A DNA stretch of 64,000 bases, taken from NCBI GenBank assembly GCA_965226375.1, contig CBDDCX010000008.1, positions 960,001 to 1,024,000 of the forward strand, given 5' to 3'. Position numbers and translations under genes: made by a program. How positions within the stretch are numbered: position 1 is the first letter of the stretch; every line of letters begins with the position of its first letter. The notes under the pieces were generated by a model. It was not told the DNA's origin and made no database searches. It saw only the letters and a list, made by a program, of their open reading frames with translations. Source of the DNA: Longimicrobiales bacterium. Its GTDB lineage: Bacteria > Gemmatimonadota > Gemmatimonadetes > Longimicrobiales > Gaopeijiaceae. This document shows positions 1 through 10,568 of the stretch, piece after piece.

Positions 1-1
1 C

Positions 2-370
2 TACGTGGTGGTTTCGGCGCCGGCGACCCCGGAGACCGAGGGGATCATCTCGAATGAGGCCATCGCGGCCATGCGGAGAGGGACGGTCTTGATCAACGTT
101 TCTCGCGGCTCACTCGTGGATGAGGGCGCGCTGGTGGAGGCGTTGCAGTCCGGGCATTTGCGTGGGGCGGGATTGGATGTGTTCGCGCGTGAGCCTCTCG
201 AGGAGGGACACGCTCTTTGGTCCCTGCCCAATGTTCTCGCGACTCCCCACGTGTCGGCGGTCACCAGGACGTTCTGGCGGCGGGAGGCGGACCTGATCAT
301 CGAGAATTTCGGTCGCCTACTGGACGGAGAGCCCCTCCTCAACGAGGTCGATAAGGCGAGGGGTTACTAA
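2..370 (+). CDS. D-2-hydroxyacid dehydrogenase family, C-terminal part (5' truncated by window)
   Basis: Motifs LINVSRGSLVDE, GAGLDVF..EP, TPHVS. Confidence 0.9.
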   Translation, partial: YVVVSAPATPETEGIISNEAIAAMRRGTVLINVSRGSLVDEGALVEALQSGHLRGAGLDVFAREPLEEGHALWSLPNVLATPHVSAVTRTFWRREADLIIENFGRLLDGEPLLNEVDKARGY

Positions 371-1164
371 AGTCCCTTGATCTCGTTCCAGATCGCGTCC
401 AGTTCTTCCAGCGTCGCCTTCCCGAGAACTACGTTCCGTTCCGCCGCCACTGCTTCCAGGCGCTCGAATCGGCGGGTGAACTTGCGATTGGCGCGTTCGA
501 GGGCCGTGGCCGAGTGACCTCCCGTGAGGCGGACGAGATTGACCATGGCGAACAGCAGGTCTCCCAACTCCTCCTCGAGCCGGTCCGGGCCCTCTTCTGC
601 CATGGCCTGTTCGACCTCGGCGAGCTCTTCTCTCACCTTGTCGAGTGCCCCGGAGGCGTCGGGCCAGTCGAAGCCCACCCCGCTGACACGGTCCTGAATC
701 CTGTGGGATCGGTGTAGCGGGTCCATGGCGTCCGGGAGGCCGGTCAGGACCGACGCGCCATCTTCTCGCTCGCGAGCCTTGAGGACCTCCCAGTCGACCT
801 TCTCTCCGAGGCCGAACAGGTGTGGATGACGTTGCTTCATTTTTTCCTCGAGCCGTCGTGCGACGGACTCGGGAGTGAAGGCTCGGCGCTCCTCTCCCAG
901 AACGATCTGAAACGCCAGATTGAGCAGCAGATCCCCCAGTTCTCCCTCCAGGTCCTCTTCACGCCCGCCGCGAATCGCGTCCACCACCTCGTGGCTCTCT
1001 TCGAGGAGGTGCGGAACGAGGCTCTCCGGCGTTTGCGCGCGATCCCAGGGGCAGTGTTCCCTGAGGAATCGGATCAGCACCAGAGCGCGATCGAGCTCTC
1101 CTGGCCCAAAGTCGGGCGGTGGTGGCGTCTCGTCTTCGGCGCTCATCATCGGATTGTCGCTCAT
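367..1164 (-). CDS. mazG: Nucleoside triphosphate pyrophosphohydrolase MazG
   Basis: CPWDRAQT, two EELGDLL-type repeats, RHPH, GFDWP. Confidence 0.95.
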   Translation of the reverse strand: MSDNPMMSAEDETPPPPDFGPGELDRALVLIRFLREHCPWDRAQTPESLVPHLLEESHEVVDAIRGGREEDLEGELGDLLLNLAFQIVLGEERRAFTPESVARRLEEKMKQRHPHLFGLGEKVDWEVLKAREREDGASVLTGLPDAMDPLHRSHRIQDRVSGVGFDWPDASGALDKVREELAEVEQAMAEEGPDRLEEELGDLLFAMVNLVRLTGGHSATALERANRKFTRRFERLEAVAAERNVVLGKATLEELDAIWNEIKGL

Positions 1165-1218
1165 CTCTGGGGAAACGGACCTTGATCGAGGCTTATCTTT
1201 TCGCTTTTTTCTACGTCT

Positions 1219-2370
1219 ATGTCAACGGATGAGCAGGCCGTCGAGTGGGCGCCTGACCGGTCGTGGGTAGAGGTCAGAGCCGGGGCCCTTCGAAGCAACT
1301 TCCGCCGGATCAGGGAATCCGTCGGTGCCTCTACAGCCATCATGCCGATGGTGAAGGCCGATGCCTACGGTCTCGGGATGGAGTCGGTGGTGCAGGCGTT
1401 GGAGCCGGAGGCGCCGTGGGGTTACGGTGTGGCGACGGTGGCGGAAGGCGTTCGACTCCGCGCCGGCGGAGTGGCCAAGCCGATCGTGATCGTCAGCCCC
1501 CTTACGCCCGGGGACTACGACCAGGCGGTGGTGAGCGAGCTCACCCCGACCATATCGGAGTTGGACGCGATCGACCGACTGGCCGCGTCGGTGGAGAGGG
1601 TGGGGAGGCAGGCCCGCGTCCAAGTCGAGATCGACACGGGCATGGGTCGCTCCGGATTCGACTGGAGGAGGGTCAGCGAGTGGGGTCCGGCGTTGGTGGA
1701 GCGCCTGACTGATGGTCTGGTCTGGGAAGGCAGCTATACGCACTTCCACTCGGCCGACGTCGAGGGTGACGGCTCCACCGCTGAGCAGTGGCAGCGCTTC
1801 CGTGCGGCTATCGAGGCGCTGGGCGACGGCGGTGGCGGACTGGTTCACGCCTGTAACGGGGCGGCGGCCCTGCGGTATCCGTCTTTGGCGGCGGATGCGG
1901 TACGGCCGGGAATCTTCCTGTATGGCGGGGCCGTGGGCGAGGGAGTTCACCCTCCCGACGAGGTTGCGACGCTCCGGTCACGAGTGACGCTAATTCGGGA
2001 TGTGCCGGTCGGAACGACGCTGGGCTATGGCGCAACGTATCGGGCCAGCCGGGCGGAGCGTTGGGCGACTCTGGGAATCGGATACGGGGACGGTTTCCCT
2101 CGGGTCCTCGGAAATCGAGGGACTGTGCTCGTGGGAGGGCGACGCGTGCCCATCATCGGACGGATCTCGATGGACATGACGGTGGTAGACATCTCGGGCG
2201 TCGACGGCATCGTGGTCGGTGATACGGCTACCTTGATTGGATCGGATGGAGAGGCGCAGATCACGGTCGATGAGGTCGCGGCGTTGGCGGGCACGATCAG
2301 CTACGAGATCCTGACGGGCCTCACGAGCCGTCTCCCCCGGGTTTGGCAGTGGAAAGACGATGTTCGATAG
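1219..2370 (+). CDS. alr: Alanine racemase
   Basis: VKADAYG PLP lysine motif, DTGMGR, GYGDG, GRISMD, TISYEILT. Confidence 0.97.
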   Translation: MSTDEQAVEWAPDRSWVEVRAGALRSNFRRIRESVGASTAIMPMVKADAYGLGMESVVQALEPEAPWGYGVATVAEGVRLRAGGVAKPIVIVSPLTPGDYDQAVVSELTPTISELDAIDRLAASVERVGRQARVQVEIDTGMGRSGFDWRRVSEWGPALVERLTDGLVWEGSYTHFHSADVEGDGSTAEQWQRFRAAIEALGDGGGGLVHACNGAAALRYPSLAADAVRPGIFLYGGAVGEGVHPPDEVATLRSRVTLIRDVPVGTTLGYGATYRASRAERWATLGIGYGDGFPRVLGNRGTVLVGGRRVPIIGRISMDMTVVDISGVDGIVVGDTATLIGSDGEAQITVDEVAALAGTISYEILTGLTSRLPRVWQWKDDVR

Positions 2371-2433
2371 AGTACGGCCGGACATCGGGAGTTTTGTCTT
2401 ACCAAGAATGGATGAGAGTCCGAGGAATTCGGT

Positions 2434-3798
2434 TTGAAGCGATATTTGCAGACATATGGGGCCCTGTTCATCGTGTCCCTCTCAGGGTGCACGGAGCAGA
2501 ACCCGACCGCCTCGGTCGATGAGTTCGTCGGGGAGCTGAACCCGCGGACGGTAGAAGTTGTGCTGCCGTTCGAGGAGTTCGTGGACAGCGTGCAGATCCT
2601 TGGAGGCTACGGGACCTTGGCGACCCTGGGCCGTGGAGTCCTGGCGAACGACTTTCAAGGGCTGAATTCCAAAGTCTTGATTCGCTTCGGTACCTACCCG
2701 GACTCGGTGCGTCTTTTCGACTCCTCCACGGGCACCGTGACCTGGGACAAGGATCACTGGATCGTTGGCGGTCGCCTGGTCCTGTTCTTCGACACGATTC
2801 AGGGCGTGAACGCCGGCCCGGCCGACATCACGGCATCGGCTACCCAACAGGAGTGGGACGCGCGCACCGCCAACTGGGAAGCTGCGGTGGATGCGGCCGG
2901 GCAGCGCATGGAGTGGGTGCCGCCCGGGGGTGGATCCGCCGTGTACCTGGCGTCGGGCACCTACGATCGCCTGTTCGACCGCCCCGAGGGTGACACGTTA
3001 CCCTTCAACGACTCGCTGAGCATTGCATTGGATTCCGCGCAAATCGCTGCGTGGTCGGATCCTACGGATTCCTCGCGAGGTGTGCTGGTCAATCTCGATG
3101 ATCCGGGTCGCCGCATCATCCTGGAGGGAGCCCGCCTCAGGTTGACGGTGCAGCCCAGTATCGCCTTTCTCGCCGGTGAAGAGGTACTCGACACGTTGGT
3201 TGAGGAGACCGCCTTCGGTGGAGAGAGCACCTTCATCTATGATCCGCTCCCCGGGCCTCCCACGGAGGGACTGCGAGTAGGCGGAGCTCCGTCGTGGAGG
3301 ACGGTGTTGAGTCTCAATGTACCGAGGGTGCTCACCGGTCCCGCGGAGGTGTGCGCGATCGTCGACTGTCCCTTAGACCTCGCCGCTTCCGACGCCCAGT
3401 TGGGGTTGGCGGAGTTGTTGTTGACCACTCGGGAGACTCTTCCCGAGTATGAGTTGTTCGATACTCTGGCCGTCGATCTTCGAACCGTAGTCAGCCCGGA
3501 GCTCCTTCCCAAGTCTCCTCTGGGCGGTCAACTCGCTGGCGCCTTCGGCATAAGGGTCCGGCCGTCGATGTTCGGAGAAGACGCGGGTACGGAGATCGCC
3601 TTCCCGTTGACCGGTCTCATCGGTGGACTCATGCTCGGCGACTCCGCCACGGTCGCCTCAACCCCCAACACCATCGTTTTCCTCAGTGTGTCCGAGCCCG
3701 CCTCGTTGGGCTTCGCGTCGTTCCATGGGCCCGGGAGTCCCGATGCTCCCGCGCTGAGGTTGCTGTTGACTGTGGCCGGAAAGTTGAGGCTCCCATGA
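2434..3798 (+). CDS. Hypothetical lipoprotein
   Basis: 454-aa ORF with lipobox LSGC; stop overlaps next start (ATGA). Confidence 0.7.
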   Translation: MKRYLQTYGALFIVSLSGCTEQNPTASVDEFVGELNPRTVEVVLPFEEFVDSVQILGGYGTLATLGRGVLANDFQGLNSKVLIRFGTYPDSVRLFDSSTGTVTWDKDHWIVGGRLVLFFDTIQGVNAGPADITASATQQEWDARTANWEAAVDAAGQRMEWVPPGGGSAVYLASGTYDRLFDRPEGDTLPFNDSLSIALDSAQIAAWSDPTDSSRGVLVNLDDPGRRIILEGARLRLTVQPSIAFLAGEEVLDTLVEETAFGGESTFIYDPLPGPPTEGLRVGGAPSWRTVLSLNVPRVLTGPAEVCAIVDCPLDLAASDAQLGLAELLLTTRETLPEYELFDTLAVDLRTVVSPELLPKSPLGGQLAGAFGIRVRPSMFGEDAGTEIAFPLTGLIGGLMLGDSATVASTPNTIVFLSVSEPASLGFASFHGPGSPDAPALRLLLTVAGKLRLP

Positions 3799-4973
3799 GG
3801 CGTGCTTGGATCTTGATCGGCATGATGATGGGCCTGCCGAGCGTGGGTGTAGGACAGTCCATTCTCAGCACCGGAGGACTCGGCGTACGCAGCGAGCCCC
3901 TCGACGCTGTGCAGCGTGCTCTGGGAGGAGTCGGTCTGGCGGCGGGGACGGCCTCGGTTCTCCCGGGCGACCCCACGGCATCGCTCGATTTGTTGGCTCC
4001 CACGGTGACGTTCACGGCCCAGCCTGTCTGGGGCGACTACACCATCGGGTCCGAAGAAGGTGATTTCCAGGGTACTCGCTTTCCGATTCTCGGCTTCGCG
4101 TACCCCCTTGGTATCAGGAGCGTTCTGACGGTAAGCACGGGAAGCGTCTTCGATCAGCGATGGGGGGCCGTCACCGACGGTACGATCGAGGTGGCGGGGG
4201 ACTCGGTCCCGTTTAAGGACACGTTTTCCTCCGACGGCGGCGTGTCCACGGTGCGAGTCGGGTATGCGCGACGCCTCTCGGCCACTCTGGCGGTCGGTGG
4301 CTCCTTGGGGCTCTACAGGGGGCACGTCGATCGGAGCTTCGTCCGGAGCTTCGCCAGAGAGCTGGACAGCCTCGACATTGTAAACCGGATCTCTCCCTTC
4401 GCGCAGGCGGGAAGGTGGACCTATTCGGGGCCGGTGGCCTCCGTGAGCGCATCCTGGGATCCCACCGAGGTGGTGCAGCTTGGTGCGTCCCTCGGTTGGT
4501 CCGGACATATCACTGGTGAGCCGGTAGGCATTACGGTTGGCGGGCCGATCAAGGTGACTCCCCCCCTAGAGATCCGCCTGGCGGCCACGACAATTCTGAG
4601 CCCCAGCCTTTCGTTCACCGCGGGGTTTGCTACGGCGAACTGGTCCGATCTGGGGGAGCCCGTGTTCGATGAGCTCGCGGTCGGAAGAGTCACCTCGTAC
4701 GGTGCGGGTCTGCAGTGGCGGGTCCGGGACTTTTGGGCGGGCGCCTTGCCGGTACGCGTGGGATATCGGCACTCCCCGCTTCCATTCCTGTTCAGGGGAG
4801 AGCCTGCGGTGGAGAAAACGTTCTCGGGTGGATTCTCCGTCGTCATGGCCCAGGCGCTCGGCATTCCTTTGGCTACCGTGGATGCGGCCGTAGAGTTTGG
4901 AAGCCGCACCTCAGGTGAGTTGGACGAGACCTTCCGACGACTCACCTTCACGATTCGGGTCGGAGGCCGCTAA
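3795..4973 (+). CDS. Putative outer-membrane beta-barrel protein (FadL-like)
   Basis: Signal peptide, 'ALGGVG' N-terminal segment, alternating beta-strand pattern. Confidence 0.6.
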   Translation: MRRAWILIGMMMGLPSVGVGQSILSTGGLGVRSEPLDAVQRALGGVGLAAGTASVLPGDPTASLDLLAPTVTFTAQPVWGDYTIGSEEGDFQGTRFPILGFAYPLGIRSVLTVSTGSVFDQRWGAVTDGTIEVAGDSVPFKDTFSSDGGVSTVRVGYARRLSATLAVGGSLGLYRGHVDRSFVRSFARELDSLDIVNRISPFAQAGRWTYSGPVASVSASWDPTEVVQLGASLGWSGHITGEPVGITVGGPIKVTPPLEIRLAATTILSPSLSFTAGFATANWSDLGEPVFDELAVGRVTSYGAGLQWRVRDFWAGALPVRVGYRHSPLPFLFRGEPAVEKTFSGGFSVVMAQALGIPLATVDAAVEFGSRTSGELDETFRRLTFTIRVGGR

Positions 4974-4986
4974 CGCGGCACGCGGC

Positions 4987-6330
4987 ATGCGGGTCTTATA
5001 TCACACCTTCGGCTGCAAGGCCAACCAGTATGACACCGAGCGTATGCGGCAGGAGCTGGAAGCGCGCGGTGCGCGGACGGTAGAGGGAGATTCTCCGGCC
5101 GACATCTGCGTGGTGAACACCTGCACGGTGACGAACGCGGCGGATGCTGAAGCTCGGCGTTTCATCCGACGCCTCCGGAGGGAGCGACCCGAGGCGAGAG
5201 TGATCGTGGCTGGGTGCTCTGCCGCGCTCAGGACAGCCGAGTACGAGGCGATGGATGGAGTAGAGGCCGTGGTGCCCGGCCACGATCCCCTGGAGTTGGC
5301 CGGTGCCGTGGTGAGCCTCCAGCCGGCGCTGGTTCAGCTGGGCACCCGGCGCGGCTTGGATCGGCTGGACCTGGAGCCGGTCGGCGCGTCCGTGCTGACC
5401 CGCAGAGAAGGAGCCACGAGGGGCTGGCTGAAGATCCAGGACGGCTGTGACCGGCACTGCTCTTTCTGTGCCACCCGGTTGGCCCGGGGCGTGAGTCGAT
5501 CGCGCCTGCCCGACGAAGTGATCCGCGAGGCCTCGGTCCTTTCAGGGCCTCATCCCGAGTTGGTCATCACCGGCATCCACATTGGGCACTACGGGCGTGA
5601 CCTGGATGATGCACTAACGCTCTCGGAGTTGTTGGCCCGTCTTCTCGATCGTGTACCCGATGTGCGCTTTCGCCTGGGCAGCATCGAAGCGACCGAGGTG
5701 GACGACCTCCTGCTGGGGCTGATGGTTGCCTCCGGAGGCCGTGTGGCCCCTCACCTCCACATGCCCCTGCAGAGCGGAGCAGACGCAGTGCTCCGGCGCA
5801 TGCGGCGGTGGCACACGAGGGAGACCTACCGTGCCCGGACGCTCGAGATCGCTTCGAGACTCTCTCGTCTTGGTCTCGGCGCGGACGTGATCGCAGGATT
5901 TCCCGGCGAGACGTCGCAGGATCACGAGGACACCATGCGGCTGGTCGAGGAGCTCCCGTATACCTACCTGCACGTCTTCCCGTACTCTCCCAAGGACGGG
6001 ACCGAGGCCGCCGAACTCCCAAGCCCGGTCCCGCAGAGGATCGCCGGAGAGCGGAGCCGGGAGCTGAGGACGCTGGCTCAGCAAAAGGGTAACTGCTACC
6101 GCAGTGCCCGTTCGGGTGAGTCGGCACAGGTGACGCTCGAGGCAGGGGGACAGGTGGCGCTCACGGGGGACTACCTGCGTGTGGACGCCACGGGGGCGGA
6201 AGCGTTGCATTTGGGACGGTTGTATGGGGGTCGGCTACGGGGCTCCGGCCAAGACCTGTATATTGAGATCGACCCGTCGGCTTCTTCTGACATGGACTTG
6301 TCCCTGCGTTCGCACCTGAGTTCAGTATGA
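4987..6330 (+). CDS. mtaB: tRNA methylthiotransferase, MtaB-like radical SAM
   Basis: HTFGCKANQYD, NTCTVT, KIQDGCDRHCSFC; ATG at 4987 preferred. Confidence 0.85.
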   Translation: MRVLYHTFGCKANQYDTERMRQELEARGARTVEGDSPADICVVNTCTVTNAADAEARRFIRRLRRERPEARVIVAGCSAALRTAEYEAMDGVEAVVPGHDPLELAGAVVSLQPALVQLGTRRGLDRLDLEPVGASVLTRREGATRGWLKIQDGCDRHCSFCATRLARGVSRSRLPDEVIREASVLSGPHPELVITGIHIGHYGRDLDDALTLSELLARLLDRVPDVRFRLGSIEATEVDDLLLGLMVASGGRVAPHLHMPLQSGADAVLRRMRRWHTRETYRARTLEIASRLSRLGLGADVIAGFPGETSQDHEDTMRLVEELPYTYLHVFPYSPKDGTEAAELPSPVPQRIAGERSRELRTLAQQKGNCYRSARSGESAQVTLEAGGQVALTGDYLRVDATGAEALHLGRLYGGRLRGSGQDLYIEIDPSASSDMDLSLRSHLSSV

Positions 6331-7709
6331 TCTCGAGACCCCGAAAACGCGCCTACGTCGAAACGTACGGCTGCCAGATGAACATCAGCGATGGAGAGCT
6401 GATGCAGGGCGTCCTCGCTGAGCAGGGCTACGAGATCGCCTCCACGCCGGAAGATGCCGACGTCATTCTCGTGAACACCTGTGCGATCCGCGAACATGCG
6501 GAGAAGCGCGTGCTCGGCAGAGTAGGGCAGCTCCACGGGCTTAAGCGGGAGCGTCCGGACCTGGTGATCGGTGTGACCGGATGTATGGCTCAGCGCATGG
6601 GCCCCGCGCTTCTCGAGCAGGCCCCCTACGTCGATCTCGTCATGGGCCCGGACGGGTACCGCTCCCTTCCCGAAAGACTCGAGGCTCTCGAGGAGGGGCG
6701 TAGGGTTATGCCCTCGCGTTCCGGTAAGAAGCGCGGTCCTCAGCTCGCGGTGCTGGATCTCAACCTCGGCGAGAACTATGAGGGCCTTTCACAGCGCCGG
6801 ACCTCCCGGATCTCCGCGTGGGTGCCGATTCAGCGCGGATGCGATCACAGGTGCACCTTCTGCATCGTCCCCTACGTGCGGGGCCCGGAGAAGAACCGTC
6901 GACCCGAAGAGGTCCTGAGAGAGATCGAGGAGATCGCGGCTTCCGGCATCACCGAAGTAACTCTTCTGGGGCAGACGGTGAACTCCTATCGCTCGGAGGA
7001 GACGTCGTTTCCGGACCTGCTGCGGTCCGTCGCTCGCATAACGGGAATTCGCAGGGTGCGTTTCACCTCGCCTCACCCCAACGACGTGACAGCGGAACTA
7101 CTGGAGGTGATGGCCGAAGAGGCCGCCGTTTGTGAGCAGCTGCACCTGCCTCTGCAGTCGGGGAACGATGGTGTGCTGAAGCGCATGCTGCGCCGCTACA
7201 CTGTGGATAGCTTTCTGGAGAAGGTGGAGTTGGCGCGGCGGGCCCTGCCTGACATCGCCCTATCCGCCGACATCATCGTCGCTTTCCCCGGCGAGTCCCG
7301 GGAGCAGTTCGAGGACACGTTGGAGGTTCTTCGTACGGTGCGCTTCGACGACGCATACACGTACAAGTATTCGCTGCGTGAGGGTACTCCGGCCACTCGT
7401 TTGCCGCTCGAGGATTTTGTCCCCGATGACGAGGCTCAAGCACGCCTCGAGCGACTGATCGAGGTCCATCGCGAGATCCAGGGCGAGATCAACCGGGGTG
7501 AGGTCGGCCGCGTCGAAGAGGTATTGGTCGAAAAGACCGCGCGGGGGCCGGGGCAGATTCTCGGCCGCACGAGACGGAACAAGGTGGTGGCTTTTCAGGG
7601 TGCGCCCGAGCTCATCGCCAGCTATCAGACGGTGACCCTTACGGCCACGACGAACGCCACGTTCGTAGGAGAGTTGTCGGAGGCGTCCGTCATGGTCAGC
7701 CCCTCATGA
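6327..7709 (+). CDS. miaB: tRNA-2-methylthio-N6-dimethylallyladenosine synthase
   Basis: ETYGCQMN, NTCAIRE, RGCDHRCTFC, FTSPHP, TRAM domain. Confidence 0.95.
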   Translation: MISRPRKRAYVETYGCQMNISDGELMQGVLAEQGYEIASTPEDADVILVNTCAIREHAEKRVLGRVGQLHGLKRERPDLVIGVTGCMAQRMGPALLEQAPYVDLVMGPDGYRSLPERLEALEEGRRVMPSRSGKKRGPQLAVLDLNLGENYEGLSQRRTSRISAWVPIQRGCDHRCTFCIVPYVRGPEKNRRPEEVLREIEEIAASGITEVTLLGQTVNSYRSEETSFPDLLRSVARITGIRRVRFTSPHPNDVTAELLEVMAEEAAVCEQLHLPLQSGNDGVLKRMLRRYTVDSFLEKVELARRALPDIALSADIIVAFPGESREQFEDTLEVLRTVRFDDAYTYKYSLREGTPATRLPLEDFVPDDEAQARLERLIEVHREIQGEINRGEVGRVEEVLVEKTARGPGQILGRTRRNKVVAFQGAPELIASYQTVTLTATTNATFVGELSEASVMVSPS

Positions 7710-8047
7710 GACTAGCTGGACCGCTGGGGGTGTTCGCGGTCCTGGTTGTCTCGATCGTGTTCGCGGCCATAAACGGAGCCCAGCGCGTCACCGTGGATCT
7801 GGGCGTCGCGGTGTTCTACCGTGTGCCGGTGACGGTCGTGGCCTTCGGGGGACTGTTTACGGGCATGGTGGTCATGCTGGTCGCGGGCGTGCACAGCGAC
7901 CTGAAGGTGCGCTCCATCCTGCGGCAGCGACTGGAAACCGAGGATCGTGAGGAGCGCGCCCTGATCGATCGAAGGCAGCAGGATCTCTTTCCCGCGGAGT
8001 CTGCCTTGGGTGAGACACGAGCGGAGGAAGAGGGGGAGGTGTTCTAG
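7706..8047 (+). CDS. LapA/DUF1049 family membrane protein
   Basis: Two TM helices separated by N..RVTVDLG, charged tail; coupled to miaB. Confidence 0.65.
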   Translation: MRLAGPLGVFAVLVVSIVFAAINGAQRVTVDLGVAVFYRVPVTVVAFGGLFTGMVVMLVAGVHSDLKVRSILRQRLETEDREERALIDRRQQDLFPAESALGETRAEEEGEVF

Positions 8048-8083
8048 CCTGATCTCGGCCATTCGGCGGCTCCGCGGTCCTCC

Positions 8084-10390
8084 ATGAGACCCCGGCCGCC
8101 CCCTGTGGCGCTGCTCGCCCTGGCCTTCCTCGCCGGGTGTGCCGCCGTCACCGCCTTCGCCTCCCCGCTCTCCCACCTCCCCTCCCTCACTCCCCTCGCG
8201 TTACTCGTTCTGCCATTCCTTCGCCCCGCGCGTAGGGGCCGGATCACCCTTGCACTGTCGGTGGCCGTCTTGGCCGGTGCCGTTCTCACTCACGCGCGCC
8301 GCGAAGTGGCGGAGGATGATTGTCGTCTCCATCTGTCGGAGGGTGCCTCGGGGACCGTCTCGGGATGGTTCGAGACGGTGCCGGGACCTGGAGCCCGCCC
8401 CTTCCGCCTGGTCGACGGACTGGGATGTCACGGAGAGGTCCGGGTTCTGTGGCGAATGCCGGACTCGGTGAGGTCGGTGGGGGCGGGGCAGCCGGTCGTG
8501 GCCGAGGCACGCTGGCAGCGCTCTTCCCATCCAGAGCCTTCGAGGCCCCAGTTCGCCGGTGTGCTGGTCCTCGACGACGTTCGGGCCCGAACATCGCCTC
8601 TCGGCTTCCGGGTCGCACGTGCGCGTGCCCGGCTTCGTGGCGGTGTCGAGACCTGGCTCAAGCAGCTCTTTCCCGACACCTGGCCCGTAGCCTCGGCCCT
8701 CGTCCTCGCACGGAAAGAGGGGCTGGACCCCGAGGTGCGGGAATCGTTCGCCTTGGCAGGCATTGCGCACCTGCTGGCGATCTCGGGCTTTCATGTGGGC
8801 GTCGTGGCGTTGTTGGTAGGAGTGGTGGTGCGCGGCCTGGGGGTACCGCCGAGACCCGCGCCAGCCGTGGCGACGCTGGTGACCTGGCTGTACGTAGGCT
8901 TCATCGGTTTTCCGGACGCGGCGTCCCGGGCCGCCCTGATCCTCACCCTCGTGTCGATGTCCCGCCTGCGAGCGCGGCCCGCCGGTGCGCTCGGGGCCAT
9001 ATCAAGCGCCCTCTTGATTCTGGTGCTTCAGGATCCCTTTGCTCTGGGGCGGCCGGGGTTTCAGCTCTCGTTTGCCGGTGCGCTCGGGCTCGTGCTAGGC
9101 GCGCCTCCGCTGAGGAGGGCCTTAGGGGTGGGATGGCTCAAGGCGGTTCCGAGGTCTCTTCGAGATGGCGTAGCCGCCGGGGTGGCCGCCACGCTCTTCA
9201 CTCTGCCCTTCGTCGCTTGGCACTTCGGGCGGGTTTCCGTCGTGGGGGTCGTGGTGACCCTGCTGGCCACCCCTCTCGTGGCCGCTGCCATCCCGGGTCT
9301 ACTGGCCACGCTCGCGGCGTATAGCGCCTTTCCGTCGCTCGCCGTCTTCCTTGCGGGCGGAACGGACATCCTTCTCCGGGCCCTGGAAGGTCTCGCCCGC
9401 GGAGCCGGGTCGCTACCAGGCTCATCCGTGTGGGTGGGTAACGCCACGCTGATGGGAGGGGTGGTGGGTGGGCTCCTGGGAGTTGCCTGGGTCCGAGCTA
9501 CGCCGGAGCGGCTGAGACCCTGGGTGAGGCATCTGGTGGTGATACTCGTCATGGTGGCGTGCGCGGGGGCGGCTCCGCTCGTGGAGCGCAGTTTGGGCGT
9601 CGGTACACTCGAGATCGTCTTTTTGAGCGTAGGGCAGTGGGACGCGGTGGCGATCCGCTCTCCGGCGGGGCGGTGGGTCGTCGTGGACACGGGGCCGAGG
9701 GGGCGCTCCTGGGACGCCGGTGCCCGAGTGGTGCTGCCGTATCTCCGGCGGCGCGGGGTGACTCGCCTGGAGGCCTTGGTCTTCACCCACCCGGACCTCG
9801 ATCACATCGGCGGGGGCAAGGTGGTCGCCGACGCCCTCGATCCACGTTTCATCATGGATCCCGCGCAGGCGGCCGGAAAGGACGCGTATGTCGATATCCT
9901 CGAGGTGGCAACGGCCCGAGGGATTCCGTGGATCGAGGCCAGGCGAGGCTTCATGCTGGAGCTCGACGGTGTGCGACTCGAGGTGCTTCATCCCGACGGC
10001 GTTACGGCAACGCCCACTGGCAAGAGTGACGCCAACGCCCAGTCCGTGGTGCTTCTCGTCCGTTACGGGGCCTTCGAGGCTCTCCTTACCGGCGACGCGC
10101 CCACGGAGGTGGAGGAGGGGCTACTGGCCGATCTTCCGGGAGAGCTGGAGCTCCTGAAGGTGGGTCATCACGGATCGAACACGTCCACGTCTGCCGAGCT
10201 TCTGTCCAGAACGTCGCCGGAGGTGGCGGTCATATCGGTCGGGGCCCGAAACCGGTATGGGCATCCGCACGCATCAGTACTACGGCGCCTCGTGGACGCT
10301 GGCGTCCGGGTGTTACGGACCGACCAGAGTGGGCATGTTCGGGTGCGGGCGAGACGCGGAGGTCTCTACCAAGTGGATACACAGTGGTGA
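8084..10390 (+). CDS. comEC: ComEC/Rec2 competence protein
   Basis: AGIAHLLAISGFHVG, GFQLSF, metallo-beta-lactamase HPDLDHIGG, LKVGHHGS, NRYGHP. Confidence 0.93.
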   Translation: MRPRPPPVALLALAFLAGCAAVTAFASPLSHLPSLTPLALLVLPFLRPARRGRITLALSVAVLAGAVLTHARREVAEDDCRLHLSEGASGTVSGWFETVPGPGARPFRLVDGLGCHGEVRVLWRMPDSVRSVGAGQPVVAEARWQRSSHPEPSRPQFAGVLVLDDVRARTSPLGFRVARARARLRGGVETWLKQLFPDTWPVASALVLARKEGLDPEVRESFALAGIAHLLAISGFHVGVVALLVGVVVRGLGVPPRPAPAVATLVTWLYVGFIGFPDAASRAALILTLVSMSRLRARPAGALGAISSALLILVLQDPFALGRPGFQLSFAGALGLVLGAPPLRRALGVGWLKAVPRSLRDGVAAGVAATLFTLPFVAWHFGRVSVVGVVVTLLATPLVAAAIPGLLATLAAYSAFPSLAVFLAGGTDILLRALEGLARGAGSLPGSSVWVGNATLMGGVVGGLLGVAWVRATPERLRPWVRHLVVILVMVACAGAAPLVERSLGVGTLEIVFLSVGQWDAVAIRSPAGRWVVVDTGPRGRSWDAGARVVLPYLRRRGVTRLEALVFTHPDLDHIGGGKVVADALDPRFIMDPAQAAGKDAYVDILEVATARGIPWIEARRGFMLELDGVRLEVLHPDGVTATPTGKSDANAQSVVLLVRYGAFEALLTGDAPTEVEEGLLADLPGELELLKVGHHGSNTSTSAELLSRTSPEVAVISVGARNRYGHPHASVLRRLVDAGVRVLRTDQSGHVRVRARRGGLYQVDTQW

Positions 10391-10500
10391 GGTGACCCCC
10401 GAGCCGTGTGCGCGAGTGCGGCGTCGGGGCCCCGCGAAGCCGATCCGCCAGCGGAAGTACGCTCAGGGCGAGGGGCCGGCCGTCGGCGCCGTGCCGGTCG

Positions 10501-10528
10501 TTGACCCCGGCGGGGCCCCCGTTATCTT
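10501..10528 (+). promoter_or_regulatory. Possible sigma70-type promoter for fbp (TTGACC-16 nt-TATCTT)
   Basis: -35/-10-like hexamers ending 40 nt upstream of the fbp ATG. Confidence 0.4.
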
Positions 10529-10568
10529 GGCCCCACGGCAGTCGCAAACCGACTTCTACCCCGATACC